The translations under genes and the position numbers were made by a program. DNA of 62,460 bases, counting the filler, from Choristocarpus tenellus KU-1152 (taxonomy: Eukaryota > Protista > Phaeophyceae), in NCBI GenBank assembly GCA_964200185.2. It is 14 parts of 14 records of this genome, joined end to end, with 100 filler letters (N's around TTAATTAATTAA, not from the genome) between each part and the next. Parts side by side here need not be neighbours in the genome. Positions count along the whole stretch, not along the records: positions 12,135 to 16,293 come from CAXNAD020015922.1; positions 16,394 to 19,362 come from CAXNAD020023280.1; positions 19,463 to 22,187 come from CAXNAD020025284.1; positions 22,288 to 27,320 come from CAXNAD020012107.1; 10 more parts are not named here. One strand, given 5' to 3'. Positions 12,035-25,114 of this stretch are shown in pieces (position 1 is the stretch's first letter; every line of letters starts with the position of its first letter). Under the pieces are notes generated by a model, which worked only from the letters and a program-made list of their open reading frames with translations, searched no databases and was not told where the DNA came from.

Positions 12035-13405
12035 NNNNNNNNNNNNNNNNNNNNNNNNNNNNNNNNNNNNNNNNNNNNTTAATTAATTAANNNNNNNNNN
12101 NNNNNNNNNNNNNNNNNNNNNNNNNNNNNNNNNNTGTTCTTTGTGTAAAAAAAAAAGCAGGGACAAGGAGGAATCCTTCCCCCCCCACCCCCCCCCCTAT
12201 GACTACGAACTTGGTACGTGCACCTTGAGCACTTACAGCTAACAAATCGTACACACCTAACCTTCCAACACTTCAAATGGGAATGCCGGTTTACCACACA
12301 CAAAAAAAAGGCCAAGTGTGTGTGCGTGCAAAATTATACAGCTCACAGGGTTCAAAAAGGCGTTTGCATGTCACAAGGGTCAATCGAGATAAAACGGATT
12401 CTCACCCCCCCCCCCCCCCCCCCCCCCCCCCACCCCCCAAAAAACAACAACAAAAAACATATTTTTTTTTATTTTTAATCTAAGTATTAATATTACAGTC
12501 AACATCTATCATCGTCGTTCAGAGATGTGGAATGCAAAGAGTGTTGTATTTTCTGGTTGCATGACAATAAGATAAGATACTACATACAAAAGCTTCACTT
12601 TCAACTCAAGAAAAATTCGAGTTGATGTCATCGCAGCCCTCTCTTGAGAAAAGGGAAACACTCCACTAACGCCAGTATCCCTTGAAAACCCATTCGTAGC
12701 GAAACACGCTTTCCAGGCAATATAATATATATACATATACATGTATATTTTAGGGTTGTATGGGGGAGGTCCAAGTGTGCAGGGAGACATTATTATACTC
12801 ATCGCTCCTCTCTCTCGGGAAGGAGCAACCTCTCCAATAACGCCTTCATCCCGCGGAAAACTACAAACAATACACAGAAATAATAATAATAGTAGTTGTA
12901 GTACTAGTAGTAGTAATAACAACAACGATGAAAAAATGATAGGAAGTGAAATCGGTTCAAACAGCAACATCTATACCAATACACAACAACCACAACAACT
13001 CAAAACACAACATCCATCCAAAAAGTATCCTCGTCATTCCTCACCTCGTCCCACACCACCATCTCCTGCACCTTCCTGTTGTTCTCCCTAGAAGAATAGG
13101 AATCCCGTTCAAACAGCAACATCTACACCCTACACCCTACTTTTTCTTTTCAATACCAAGTCAAATACAGAGAGAGTTAGTGAGTGAGTGAGTGCCGTGA
13201 GGAGGCAGGCGTGTGAGTATCGCTCTAACGTATCTGTTGTCAGGGCAAAAGGGCAAACAACGCTGGAAGGGGGTGGCTTTTCCTCCAGGTTTCCTCCTCC
13301 ACTGGATCCCCCCCAATACTGCCTACTGATATGTTTTAGGGCCCGTACGCAATAACCCTAACATAACATCCAGCCAATGAATGGGATCACCCCACGATTT
13401 CTCAC

Positions 13406-13519
13406 CTTGTTCCACAACTTCTTCGCCTTCTTAGTTTGCACCGCCAGGCGTTTGGAAGCCAGATCGAGCTGCTTCTGGATATCTGTCCTGTCCTTAGTGA
13501 GACTCTTATGCTTAGCAAC
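13406..13519 (-). CDS. Internal coding exon, coiled-coil-like
   Basis: TTGCAG|GTT...AAG|GTGAGA, 114 nt, phase 0; VAKHKSLTKDRTDIQKQLDLASKRLAVQTKKAKKLWNK. Confidence 0.6.
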
Positions 13520-14524
13520 CTGCAACCCCCCCCCCACCCCCCCCCCCCCCCACCCCCCCCCCCCCCCACAAAAAAAAAAACAAACCAAACACCAACACCA
13601 AAANNNNNNNNNNTCCTCTTGTCTTTCTCCCCCCTCCTGGTGAAGCCTTTTATCCTACGCCCCCCCCCCCCCCCCCCCCCCCCCCCCGCCCCACACACAC
13701 ACCAAAAAAAAGAAAAAAGTAAACGGAAACATCTTCTTAACAGGAACGGTTCAATGTAGCGAATATTTTTTTTTGCAAGTAAGTCGCCAGGCCAACCAAC
13801 CAGCTGCTCCAGAAAATTCCAAATAATTTCCGACGGACAAGGGAAGCGAGTAGTCGGCGGAGCGGTACGATGTTACGACATCTACCGCTAGAGACGGTAC
13901 AAGCAATTCATTTAAAAAAAAAAGAAGCTCGAACAACACAACGGTTTCTTGTGCAGTTGTACCGGACTATTGTGCTGGGTGAACCGGAACCCTGACCCTA
14001 ACCCTATCTCGAAAAAAAAAAAAATCATTTTTTAAAAAATGTACATAAAAAATTTATGTACATTCTTTTTTCCAGGTGGCAAGAAATAAAACCTGTACTC
14101 TACTCGTACAAGCAATAAAAAAAATAAAATTCTGAAAACTTAGAACAATAATATTATTATTATTATTAATGATAAAAAACAATCGATCAAGCACACGCAA
14201 AAAGGGAAACATTAATTAGCACACAACATCGGGGAAATACATCTTGTCAGCAGTAGGCTGGGCCGGCCTGGGCGAGCTTTTTGCAATGCCCTTGCCTGCC
14301 CCCCGGTTAAAAGACACACTACACCCAGCAGCAGGCTGTCCAGTAAAAAAAAGAAAAGATGTCCGATATCACCTGAGTCAGGCCCTTCGGTGAAGAAAAG
14401 GAAATGAAATGAGACAATCAACATATTAGTAGATTTGTTTTGTTTTTGAACATTAAATCACCGCCATTTTCTTGTTCTTGTTCATGTTCACAGAGAACAA
14501 TTATTTATGCTCTTTCGCCGATAC

Positions 14525-14820
14525 ATTAAAGAACAATTTATTTTAACACAACTAACGAGGAACCGAAAATGAATAAGACGATTAGATGGTGCTACAAATA
14601 TATTTTAGTATCACGCAATACATACACACACACACCAACTAAAGAATAATTCTGAACACAGCTAATGAGGAACAGAAAAAGAACAATTGATTAGATGGTG
14701 TTACATATATATATATATTCTAGTATATACACATACATGCACACACACACACACACAGTGCGTACATTCATACATACACTAAGAATAGTTCTGAACATAA
14801 CTAAAGAGGGAACAGAAGAT
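14525..14820. repeat. Tandem repeat, ~2.5 units of ~115-140 bp with embedded (CA)n/(TA)n
   Basis: Recurring AAGAA(T/C)A.TT...AACA(C/T)A.CTAA.GAGG.AAC and GATTAGATGGTG. Confidence 0.7.
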
Positions 14821-15754
14821 TCTTGGAAAAGAACAGGCGAGAGGCGAAGTGAACGAAATCCATCAACAAACGACCCATCAAGCACATCAATCCTATTTCA
14901 GCACCCAACATTCCTGTGAATCGAGGCCACCTCTCCCTAAAGCACGCGCTGTTACACATCAAAACAATTTTTTTGCTCAGAAAATTCACAAATACAGGGC
15001 CCATGGGTGTCCTTCGCCTCAGGCTGCTAGCATGCCGTCTACTTCTTCTTTTTTTGTGTGTGTGTGTGTGTGTGTTTCTGATTCCTTGGTTCATCTCGAG
15101 GGATAAAACTACTCTTATTTTTTTTTAAATCGGGAAGAATGGCGGTCCTATCCTTTTTCTTTTTTTTAATTCGAGTCATTCAACAGGACTAATTTGAACA
15201 TTTTCAAATCATTTCATCAAATACACTTAAAAAAATAAAAGTATTTATATAATAAAAAGCAAATTTTGACTGAAAAAAAAGTTCTTTAATAAAAAAAATC
15301 ATATTTTCATAGATAATTTTATTATTAATTACGTACTGTCAGATCCGTAGCATACCGCACGTACACGAAAATGAGAACATTTTCCCATTGAATGGCCTGT
15401 CAGATCTTTCAACCATTGCACCCATGCATATGGAGGTACTCGATCCCCTGGAACTGGAACCATAAATCAGCAACACACACACACACTCACAACCAAAGAA
15501 AACTCCTAAGGTGAGCCCCATATTTGCAACTCTTCTCAAGTTCAATTGTTGTTGAGATCAATTCTAGAACACAACACTAAAAACAGGCAATCAAAGCTTT
15601 TTTCATCGAGTGGTCAACATGTCACTGGTCACCTACCCTCCATACACAGTGCACAGTGCACAGCACACAGTCCCTGTCAGTCCCTGTCAGTTAGTTGCTT
15701 ATCACACACTCTGTTGTGGATGAAAAAAATATAAAAGAAAAGATTACATAGAAT

Positions 15755-15860
15755 CAGACCACTGAGACCCAGACTATAGAGGATAAGAATATAGAGAACC
15801 AGACTAAGGAGAATTAAACCACTGAGACCCAGATTATAGAGGACCAGACTACAGTGGACT
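15755..15860. repeat. Degenerate minisatellite, short (~12-13 bp) period
   Basis: ACCACTGAGACCCAGA(C/T)TATAGAGGA occurs twice ~59 bp apart, with CCAGACTA-type subunits. Confidence 0.55.
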
Positions 15861-16410
15861 GTGGGTACTGAGGATCACTGAGCTGTAAACCACTCACCCC
15901 AGCCCTGACCAACCCTAAGAATTGACCTTACTAAACCTGAGACCAGACCCAGTCCTTATCAAAACTATAGTTCCCCTGATCCGGCCCACGGTCCAGGGGG
16001 CCCTTTAGAGTCAACAAAAAGTCCTGGTCCAGGCACCTTCTGACCACCATGACCCACCACCCTATTTTTCAAGATTCTAGAATTTGCGGAAAACAACCAA
16101 TTGTTATATTATTTTTTTTGACACCAGCTCTAATTCACGCCTGCAATTTTTTTCCGACGGTCAAAAAACGATTTAGATCCTGTCATGTAGTACAAGTTTA
16201 CTAGAAAAAGATTTATGATGCCACGGGGGGGATTTTTTTTTTTGTAATATGAAACTGTATTTTTTTTATCCGGTTCAACATACGAAATCGGAANNNNNNN
16301 NNNNNNNNNNNNNNNNNNNNNNNNNNNNNNNNNNNNNTTAATTAATTAANNNNNNNNNNNNNNNNNNNNNNNNNNNNNNNNNNNNNNNNNNNNTTGCATG
16401 TGTATATTTT

Positions 16411-16587
16411 GGCTAAACCTATCTAGGGGAGGGGAGGGTCTACACCAGGGTGTCCATTTGAGGCCTAGCTAGGAAAGGTCCAGTTACGTTATTCATCCGA
16501 CACATGCAACCAAATCACGCAAAAATTGCAACATGGAAAAATGGGCCCCAGGTGGACAGCCGGTACAACCCCCAGATACTTCAAGTC
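16411..16587. mobile_element. MITE family A, diverged full-length copy
   Basis: Degenerate TIRs; internal GGGTGTCCATTTG...GGACAGCC...CCCAGATACTT. Confidence 0.75.
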
Positions 16588-16843
16588 TCTCTACGCCAAT
16601 CAATTTACTCTTGGTACTCTGCATGTAGTTTGATGGAATGAATACCACTTTCTCGTTATCCATATTATCAATGCTTGACTGCAAAAACGAGTTCTGCTTT
16701 TGCTGTACTCTGTTTCAGCTTTGTAGGGTACTCTTTCCCTTGAATACTCTTAAGCTCCTACATTTGAAAGAGTCATTATTGTCTGACCCAACAAACAAAG
16801 ATATGTAAGGACAATATTCTTGGTGAGAATAACAAGGCTGAGT

Positions 16844-17102
16844 GAGCCAAAGTATCTTAGAGGGTAGAGCTGCGTCCATTTGAGGGTCAAAATCCAATGT
16901 TACGATTTTGATGTTGTTTTGGCTATTGTGTTTGTTAGGAAGTGTCAATGTCTGTGTTTCGGACAGACCTTTTCGTAACATAAATATTTTATCTACTCCT
17001 AAACATTTTGGAGTAGGAAAATGTCATAAAAGCACCCATGGGAAACCAAGCCCCAAATGGACAAACAGAGCAAAATTTGTACCCTCTAAGATACTTTCAC
17101 TC
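16844..17102. mobile_element. MITE family B, full length (~260 bp)
   Basis: GAGCCAAAGTATCTTAGAGGGTA ... TACCCTCTAAGATACTTTCACTC, with an inner inverted pair GTCCATTTG/CAAATGGAC. Confidence 0.85.
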
Positions 17103-17684
17103 TAAGTACCATACAGCAAAAATAGCAATTTTGGTGTCCATATTTTACTGCAACCCTGTCCCTCAGACTACTTCTCAAAACAAATTGTGGAATGAACTGT
17201 TGTTACTTGCTTACCACAAGATGTGCTAGCTCCGGTTGTAAAGCAAATTCCATAGTAGCAAATGCAAACACCAGGAGTAGCTCCACAATCGCCAACCTGT
17301 AAACAAATACAAATACAAGAGAGTACGCAGTGGTCAGAGTCTTGCAGATATCAACATAATTTCCACAACACACACAAATACAGACAGAGACTTCACACCT
17401 CATCCAACATTTACAAAGATTAACAAGGAAACACAAACCTTGCTTTATCAATACCAACACTGCAGTCTGAGAACGAGCACAAACAGAGAAAAATAAGGAA
17501 TATATTTGGAAATTCTGTGTTGCTTGACCAATATCATGTATGCTGTATGCTGGTTTAACATGATACATCAATAGCAAATATAAGTTGACACTAGATCTGA
17601 TTATCACAGACACCATACCGCAAGGCCCCGTCTTCGCAAACTAAGTACGCAGTGGGTATAAATTGGAACGTTTAGTTGAAGTTT

Positions 17685-17860
17685 TGGTCAAAGTATCGGA
17701 GTTGGGAGTTCTCGCGTCCGTTTTTCACCCTTTTTCTATTTTCACTTTTTTGGTGTGATTTTGTCGCACTTGTCGGATTTGAAATGACTGCAAAAAAGTA
17801 GTTTGACCAAAACGGACGCCCCCTCACAAAGCACTCCCCCCTCCTCAGATACTTTGAGTC
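17685..17860. mobile_element. MITE family C, full length (~175 bp)
   Basis: TGGTCAAAGTATC ... GATACTTTGAGTC, with an inner inverted pair GCGTCCGTTTT/AAAACGGACGC. Confidence 0.85.
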
Positions 17861-19268
17861 TTTACAGTGCCTTAGCGCACACATCATCCTTCGGTGAACT
17901 ACTTCGTCAGATAGTGTTCATGAGGATGATAAATGAGGCACACAATGCTGTCTCACAGATGATGTGGTGTCGGTACAGTATAGGGGTCGTCCTGGTCCAA
18001 AAACATGTTTGCAGGTGCCAGTTACTGATGGGGAGCAGGCATAATCCGCTTCCAACCTGGCGCACTTTCGTCACATAGAACAGTGATTCGTAAGCATAAG
18101 GAGCAACATAACAGATACGGGTTAAGTTGTAGGTATAACGTGTATCTGACCATCTATACTGCAGAAATTGATGACAGTTGGCACTAAAAATGTAAATTAA
18201 CGAAGGCATACATAAACTCAAACCCTGTTCATGACCAACTATACAACAGAGATATGTTCGAATGTTACAGAAGATGACAGCTATTAACAAAATTTCCAGA
18301 TCGATTTTCAGGTTACACTTCACACAGATCCTTCACGTCACAGGCATATTAATTGCGATGTAGCAACCTCGACTCTATAAGATATCGTTGTTCTTACACA
18401 AGAAGCAAGTTTCCTGATGTCTAACACGACATAGATAACTCATAACTCGATACGTTCGATCACCTGGTTGTGTGCAACTGCTAAACAGGTAACATAGTTT
18501 TACAAGCAGATCATATCTCCACATATTTCTGGCACTCACGCTGTCACCGAAGGCTTTTCCATCACATGCTGTCAATAATGATGAGTGGGCGAACGAAAGC
18601 AGCAACTGAAACCACAACACCAGAAACGTGGCGCCTAGAGCTCGGTTTAGAAGTGCAGTCATATCTCTTTCGGCATGTCACTTCGCACTCCACACAATCA
18701 ATTGGACAGCACAAGCAGAAGGTATGTGATGAAAAATAATGAGGATTGCAGTAAGTCGTGTAGTTTAAGGATAGAGCAAAACAACTCTAAAGTTGATGGA
18801 TAAAAAGTAGGTAGCTTTGATTTCTTGTAGGCTCATAGTGCGTACATCAGGTTTCTAGAAAAGCGGCATAACGGAGAGGTCATTCCTACAAAGGGCCTGT
18901 TCGTTACACAAGGTCTATCTTCTCATATGAGCAAAGAGGTTGTATAGTGATGGCGTGGGTAGTAGGGAAGCTCAAAATTGCATTCTTCCATGCAATAATG
19001 GAGATGTGCAATGGTAGTTGGATCCTTCCCCAGAAGTCCTAATCGTCAAAACAAAACCCAAGACATCGGCAACTTCCTACGACCTTTCGGTTGATAGATA
19101 GTGTGAAGTTGAGGACATTTTTAGCTGTAGTTACGAAATACCCTCATCTTTCCACCTACCTCAATGTTCCAGATTCACCTGTATTGTAATTTGATATTAC
19201 TCTATCTCTTAAATCTTGACTATATGCTCACATTTCTTACCCATAAAAACATCTTTTTTAAATATACA

Positions 19269-19299
19269 ACCCCGCCGCAAGCAGCGGGGTATTGTCAGA
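19269..19299 (+). mobile_element. Helitron-like 3' terminal hairpin
   Basis: GC hairpin ACCCCGCCGC-AA-GCAGCGGGGT followed closely by TCAG instead of canonical CTRR. Confidence 0.3.
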
Positions 19300-19476
19300 A
19301 CAATTGATTTGGTATCTTTTTTCTATTTCTAGGCATATATTTTTCATAACTTGATCGACATGNNNNNNNNNNNNNNNNNNNNNNNNNNNNNNNNNNNNNN
19401 NNNNNNTTAATTAATTAANNNNNNNNNNNNNNNNNNNNNNNNNNNNNNNNNNNNNNNNNNNNCAGGGGGACGAGCT

Positions 19477-20580
19477 GTGTCCCCAGCGCGCCAATTGGGG
19501 GCGTTTGTCTCCCCCCTATCACCAAATGGTATTAGGAGAAGGGCTCGGGAGTTCCAAAGTGCAGCAGAATCTGTAGGCCCTACAACTTTACCCATGCTGA
19601 AACGCACATATAGCAATGCAGAAGACCAAGCATACCAGGCAAACTGGATCCCACAAGACCAGCAAGCACGGGTAGGGTGCAACCTATCTTGCCAAGAGGG
19701 CCATAAATTAGGGCCGGGACAAAGGTATGGGTCTGGCGTAGATCAAGGGCTACTGCATCATAGAAGGCAAAGTTCGGATTGTGAAGATGCATGGTATGAA
19801 ACACAATCAAGCATTCCCTACAACCATGTTGTGAGTCATACTCCAGGCATTCCCCAGTTTCCACCAACAACAGATGGGAGGCTGGAGGACACGTATGAAC
19901 CTACGGAATATCTCCATTCTCTTGCAGCAAATGTTCCTAGAATAGACACAGTAGCCATCCCAGGACAAAACACAGATGACATCTTTAGGGGGATTAGGGC
20001 AGAAAGCGGAGGTAACAATAGACAACTAGGTTTGAATTTTATCGGCCGGGACAGCAATAGCATGGCAGGAGACGAGGTGGGTAAACTTGCATCTAGGCAA
20101 GAGGTTATTGATCGTCGGTCACATCAGGCTCCTAGTCTAGCATGGAAGAATTATGGGCATGAGAGTGTGGTAGAGAGGTGCACGACACAGGAAGCAGGAC
20201 ATCCTGAAGAGCATACACAACAGGCAAACTACAATGAGGAGGGTGATGATGAAAGGGATTACCAAGCAGAGTCCCAGAGGGCCAAAGAAACTCCCCGTGA
20301 AGACGGGACCTTGGCTCTCAATATCACGGACACCCCTCCTCCTGTGCCGTCTCTAGCCCCGTCCACTGTGAGGGGTAGGTCAGCGGGGGATACAGGAGCC
20401 ACGGCCCTCAATGAAAGCGTCCTGGATGCACTTGCCTTCATGGTAGAGCGCAAGCGTTGCACCCTTCGAGCATTAGGCCAGGGGGGGAACGATATCACCA
20501 CATCCACTGTACCAATCACTGTCCCTCCAGACTCCCAAGCCACTCAACATGTTGTGGTGGGAGGAGAGGGGAGGAGTTAG
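19477..20580 (+). CDS. Long open exon (367 aa), probably disordered; hypothetical, 5'-truncated
   Basis: 1.1-kb stop-free frame from the contig start; no domain recognised. Confidence 0.5.
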   Translation: MSPARQLGAFVSPLSPNGIRRRAREFQSAAESVGPTTLPMLKRTYSNAEDQAYQANWIPQDQQARVGCNLSCQEGHKLGPGQRYGSGVDQGLLHHRRQSSDCEDAWYETQSSIPYNHVVSHTPGIPQFPPTTDGRLEDTYEPTEYLHSLAANVPRIDTVAIPGQNTDDIFRGIRAESGGNNRQLGLNFIGRDSNSMAGDEVGKLASRQEVIDRRSHQAPSLAWKNYGHESVVERCTTQEAGHPEEHTQQANYNEEGDDERDYQAESQRAKETPREDGTLALNITDTPPPVPSLAPSTVRGRSAGDTGATALNESVLDALAFMVERKRCTLRALGQGGNDITTSTVPITVPPDSQATQHVVVGGEGRS

Positions 20581-21157
20581 GCTGATCCCTCACATAGAAC
20601 TATTCATTTGTGTAGTGCAATAGTGCTAAAAGTACGTGGAAGGCAGTAGTGGCATCAGTGAGTCATGCTAAGATCAATGAAAAGATTGACAGTGCTAGTG
20701 GCATGGGTCAATGCAACACACAGCAGAGGAAATTTCATTGGTGTAAACCTTACTGCTCACCACATGACCCAGCCCTAGCTCCTCAGACTTGACACAAAAC
20801 CTATACCTCGTGTTTTGAGCTCAGAGGTTGCTACCACCCTGGGAGATGCCCTGGACCCAATATTGACGGCATGACTTGGTGCATTGTTTGAGATACAACA
20901 TATTTTATTGAAGCAGTCATACTCCAGCAGGTCTTCCTGCTCGAGCATCACCAACAAATTTAACAACACAAAACACGTAGATCAAGATATTTCAACTTCA
21001 CAAAAAAAGTTGCGGTAAGAAAGTTGTGGAAGTACCTCTTCTATGCAAAGCCAAAACTATCCAGCAAAGCAAGAGAACAGTTGAACAGTAGTTCGGTTAC
21101 AATCAGATCAAAATTGTGCAAGAGTCACTATCTTTCCACTCAGTGAGCCAGCTGGCT

Positions 21158-22159
<1,002 letters not shown>

Positions 22160-22287
22160 CTGCCCAGACGGCACCAGCCCCCCCCCCNNNNNNNNNNNNN
22201 NNNNNNNNNNNNNNNNNNNNNNNNNNNNNNNTTAATTAATTAANNNNNNNNNNNNNNNNNNNNNNNNNNNNNNNNNNNNNNNNNNNN

Positions 22288-22455
22288 GGGGGGGGGGGGG
22301 GGGGTCTACCCGAGGGTGTCCATTTGGACCAAAATCGGGAAAAGTGCATTTGCATTATCCATCCGAGGTTTGGCAACCAAATCACCCAAAAATCACGATA
22401 TGAAAAATTTGACCCCAAATGGACAGCCAACCCCCCCTCCCAGATACTTTGAGCC
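22288..22455. mobile_element. MITE family A abutting/interrupting the mariner transposase
   Basis: Poly-G...GGGTGTCCATTTGG...CCCAGATACTTTGAGCC adjoins the transposase frame. Confidence 0.85.
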
Positions 22456-23297
22456 TGTACATGTGGGAGTTTGGGGGGATCCTCAGCGAGGTGCAGGTAC
22501 ACACCTTGCCCATCTTTGAGGATGGAAAACCACTTCTTGTGGACATGCACCCAGTCAAACAGATCGCCCATTAATATCCCACTTCCCCCCCTCCTGTGCG
22601 CGCAACTGATGACAAAACCCACCTTGTCGACCTTCTGCTGGTCTGAGAGGACTGGCTTAATCTACCACTTGACCTTCTTCACCTCCTTGCGCTTGCACAG
22701 ATTCCACAAAGAGACAAGGGAGACCCCTGCTTTGGCCAACCATTTACAGAAGGATGTACAGAAGGGTGTGTGGTGTACCGAAGGATCAACCCAAAGTTCA
22801 GGATACTTGTACGGTGGTCACATCGTCCCGTATAACATCATATACGATCCACGCAACGAACCCGTGCAATCTGCCTGTCATACTCCTTCAGATGGCAGAA
22901 CATGGTGTTTCGGGAAATTCCGAAGTTCTCCATGACGGCTGATGACTGTCGCTGTCCCCCGAGGCATCCACGTCCTACGCCCTCTCGCCTCCAGGCATCA
23001 CGCCACCACACTGTTCTTCATTGGGGTGTTTGAGTTCTGACCCCAGACAGACTTCTGGGCTGAAGAATTGGGATCGATGGGCGATGACGGTATGAGCGAG
23101 CCACTGTAATAAGAGGGGGCTTCACCCTAGGCATCCCAATAAACACCCGCTTTGACAATTTCATGAAGTTTTTGAATCTAATCAAATGCGAGTTGGTCCA
23201 CTTTGCACTGGTGATCCTCCACAGTTGTGACAGCCCATCATCTCAAACTTTGCATGCCCCCCAATTCATTTGAGAAATAAGCCTCATCCGGCGAGTG
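22456..23297 (-). mobile_element. Tc1/mariner (DD39D, plant/oomycete type) transposase remnant
   Basis: Minus translation LAKAGVSLVSLWNLCK...W*IKPVLSDQQKVDKVGFV...DLFDWVHVHKKWFSILKDGQGVYLHLAEDPP resembles the DD39D motifs KP.LT...K..R..F and VHIDEKWF. Possible TA|CACTCG terminus at 23297-23299. Confidence 0.75.
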
Positions 23298-23432
23298 TAT
23301 CACGCAGGTTGTCCCCGGGTGAGAACGGAGCTTGCAAAAGTTATGTTACATTTATTTCCAAACAGAGGAAGTATTCCATTCTCGAACATACAGTCAACAA
23401 CAACCCTTTCAGCACTGAAATTTGCACGGAGT

Positions 23433-24050
23433 CTTGGACCAAAATCCAATGGAGGTAAGGAGGCTTCGAAGGAGGTAGGCCCCTTGAGCCGTAAAGCTTA
23501 GGGCATGACTCTCACCCTCTGTGCTGGACAAGGCGACAGTGGACTGCTTCTTGCTGGACCAGGTTCAGAACCTCTGTTAGTCATAACGATTTATCCCCTT
23601 GTGATCCTGTAGGAAATCAAGATCACTAGCATAACTGGTATCAGCGTAGCCTTGTGGAGTGTTGGAGATCGTCAAAAACGGACGACGGCACCCCCCCCCC
23701 CCCCAGACACTTTGACCCAGGGGGGACCGCTGGTGCAGTATTGAAGGACAAACAGGGGTGCACCCCGCAGGCAGTGCATGGCGGCATGAGAGATATCGAG
23801 ACGGTTGGGGATGGAGAGGTACGGTAGGCTGCCAACCAGGGTCTGGCTAAGATATTTCTTTGAGGTAGGTATAAATTGTGGGGTGTCCAGGGAGATGAAA
23901 GATCGCTATAGTTGAGGCATTGCACTCCAGGATGGCAAACCTTTCCAGGGTGGTGGTGGCGTAGAGTTCTTGATTGAGCAGTGTCTCCTGCCAAGCCCGA
24001 TCATATGGGACCCGAATTCCCAGTATCTATTTAGCCTACCTCGTGTCCTC
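23433..24050 (-). mobile_element. Ty1/Copia RT C-terminus + RNase H remnant (left arm of inverted duplication)
   Basis: Minus translation includes GYADTSYASD and TWSSKKQSTVALSSTEGE...LRSLLTSIG; interrupted by a family C fragment at 23671-23718. Confidence 0.85.
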
Positions 24051-24317
24051 TGTGTCAAAGTGTTGGAGTTTGTTGGTGGGATATGGGGCACGCTGAATAG
24101 ATATTGGGGATTCAAGTTCCATGTCGTCCGGCTTGGCAAGAGATACTGGTCAGCCAAGAACTCTACGCCACCACCACCCTGGAGAGGTTTGCCATCCTGG
24201 AGTGCAATGCCTCAACCATAGTGATCTTTCATCTCCCTGGACACCCCACAATTTATACCTATCTCGAAGAAATATCTTAGCCAGACCCTGGTTGGCAGTC
24301 TACTCTACCTCTCCATC
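23810..24317 (+). ncRNA. Candidate long hairpin RNA / miRNA-like precursor
   Basis: Arms 23810-23972 and 24155-24317 are reverse complements with 8 mismatches in 163 nt, 6 of them G:U-compatible on the + strand (manual alignment). The fold-back is directly visible; expression is inferred only. Confidence 0.45.
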
Positions 24318-24865
24318 TACACTCATCCTGATATCTCTCACACCATCATGCAATTGAACCAGATTCATGACTGCCCTCTCTCTTCCACACCAAATGTGTC
24401 ATCTGCTAACTTCAGGGTACAATCTGGTTTGCCCTTTGATATTGCACCAGCAACTCCACTTTCAACATTCCAGTAGGCAATGTTGATGCCAGTGGTGCCA
24501 GTGCTGCAGGGTCCTTCAGGATCACTTTGCAATACATCTTCATGGCTAACAGAGGTCCTGAAATCTGGTTCAGCAAGAAATAGTCCAATGTCGTCTTGTT
24601 CAGCATGGGGAGTGAGAGCCGTGCCCTAAGCTTCACGGTTGAAGGGACCCACCATCTTTGAAGCCTCCTCACTTCCATTGGACTTCAGTCCAACATTCCC
24701 ACCATCTTTGAAGACAATGAAGGAGCCATTCACCTGGCCTACGGTCTGCGGACGAAGCATGTGGGTCTCCAACTTGCCTTCCACTGGGAGATCATCACCA
24801 CTGGTGTTATCAAGGCAATCTATCGTATGAGATTGCAGTAGGCTGATGCCCTCACTGTGAGAACC
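24078..24865 (+). mobile_element. Ty1/Copia RT C-terminus + RNase H remnant (right arm)
   Basis: SQELYATTTLERFAILECN, QTLVGSLLYLSIYTHPDISH, WFSKK*SNVVL, IFEDNEGAIHLA..LRTKHV, Q*ADALT. Confidence 0.9.
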
Positions 24866-24946
24866 TCCAACATTGCCATTTTGAAGACCTCCCCTCCCAT
24901 CTGCCTAGCTCCTCAGTAACCTCAACCCCCTGAAATTGTTTTTTTT

Positions 24947-25114
24947 GGCTCAAAGTATCTGGGGGGGTGGTGGCAGCTGTCCATTTGGGGTCAATTTTTG
25001 ATGTCACGACTTTTTTTTTATGATTTGGTTGCATACGTCTGATAGATAATGTAAATGCAATTTTCCTGATTATGACTCAAATAGACACCCTCCCCCCCCC
25101 AGATACTTTGGGTC
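24947..25114. mobile_element. MITE family A, full length (~170 bp)
   Basis: GGCTCAAAGTATCTGGGGGG ... CCCCCCAGATACTTTGGGTC; flanks TTTT/TTTC. Confidence 0.88.

Noticed and set aside
15755-15860. Direct repeats ~59 bp apart resembling a CRISPR repeat-spacer unit
   Set aside because: Only two copies, the spacer is made of the same subunits, there are no cas genes, and the context is eukaryotic.
23906-24221. Two near-identical ORFs on opposite strands (83 aa each) as a gene pair
   Set aside because: They are a by-product of the inverted repeat; the meaningful frame is decayed Copia pol.
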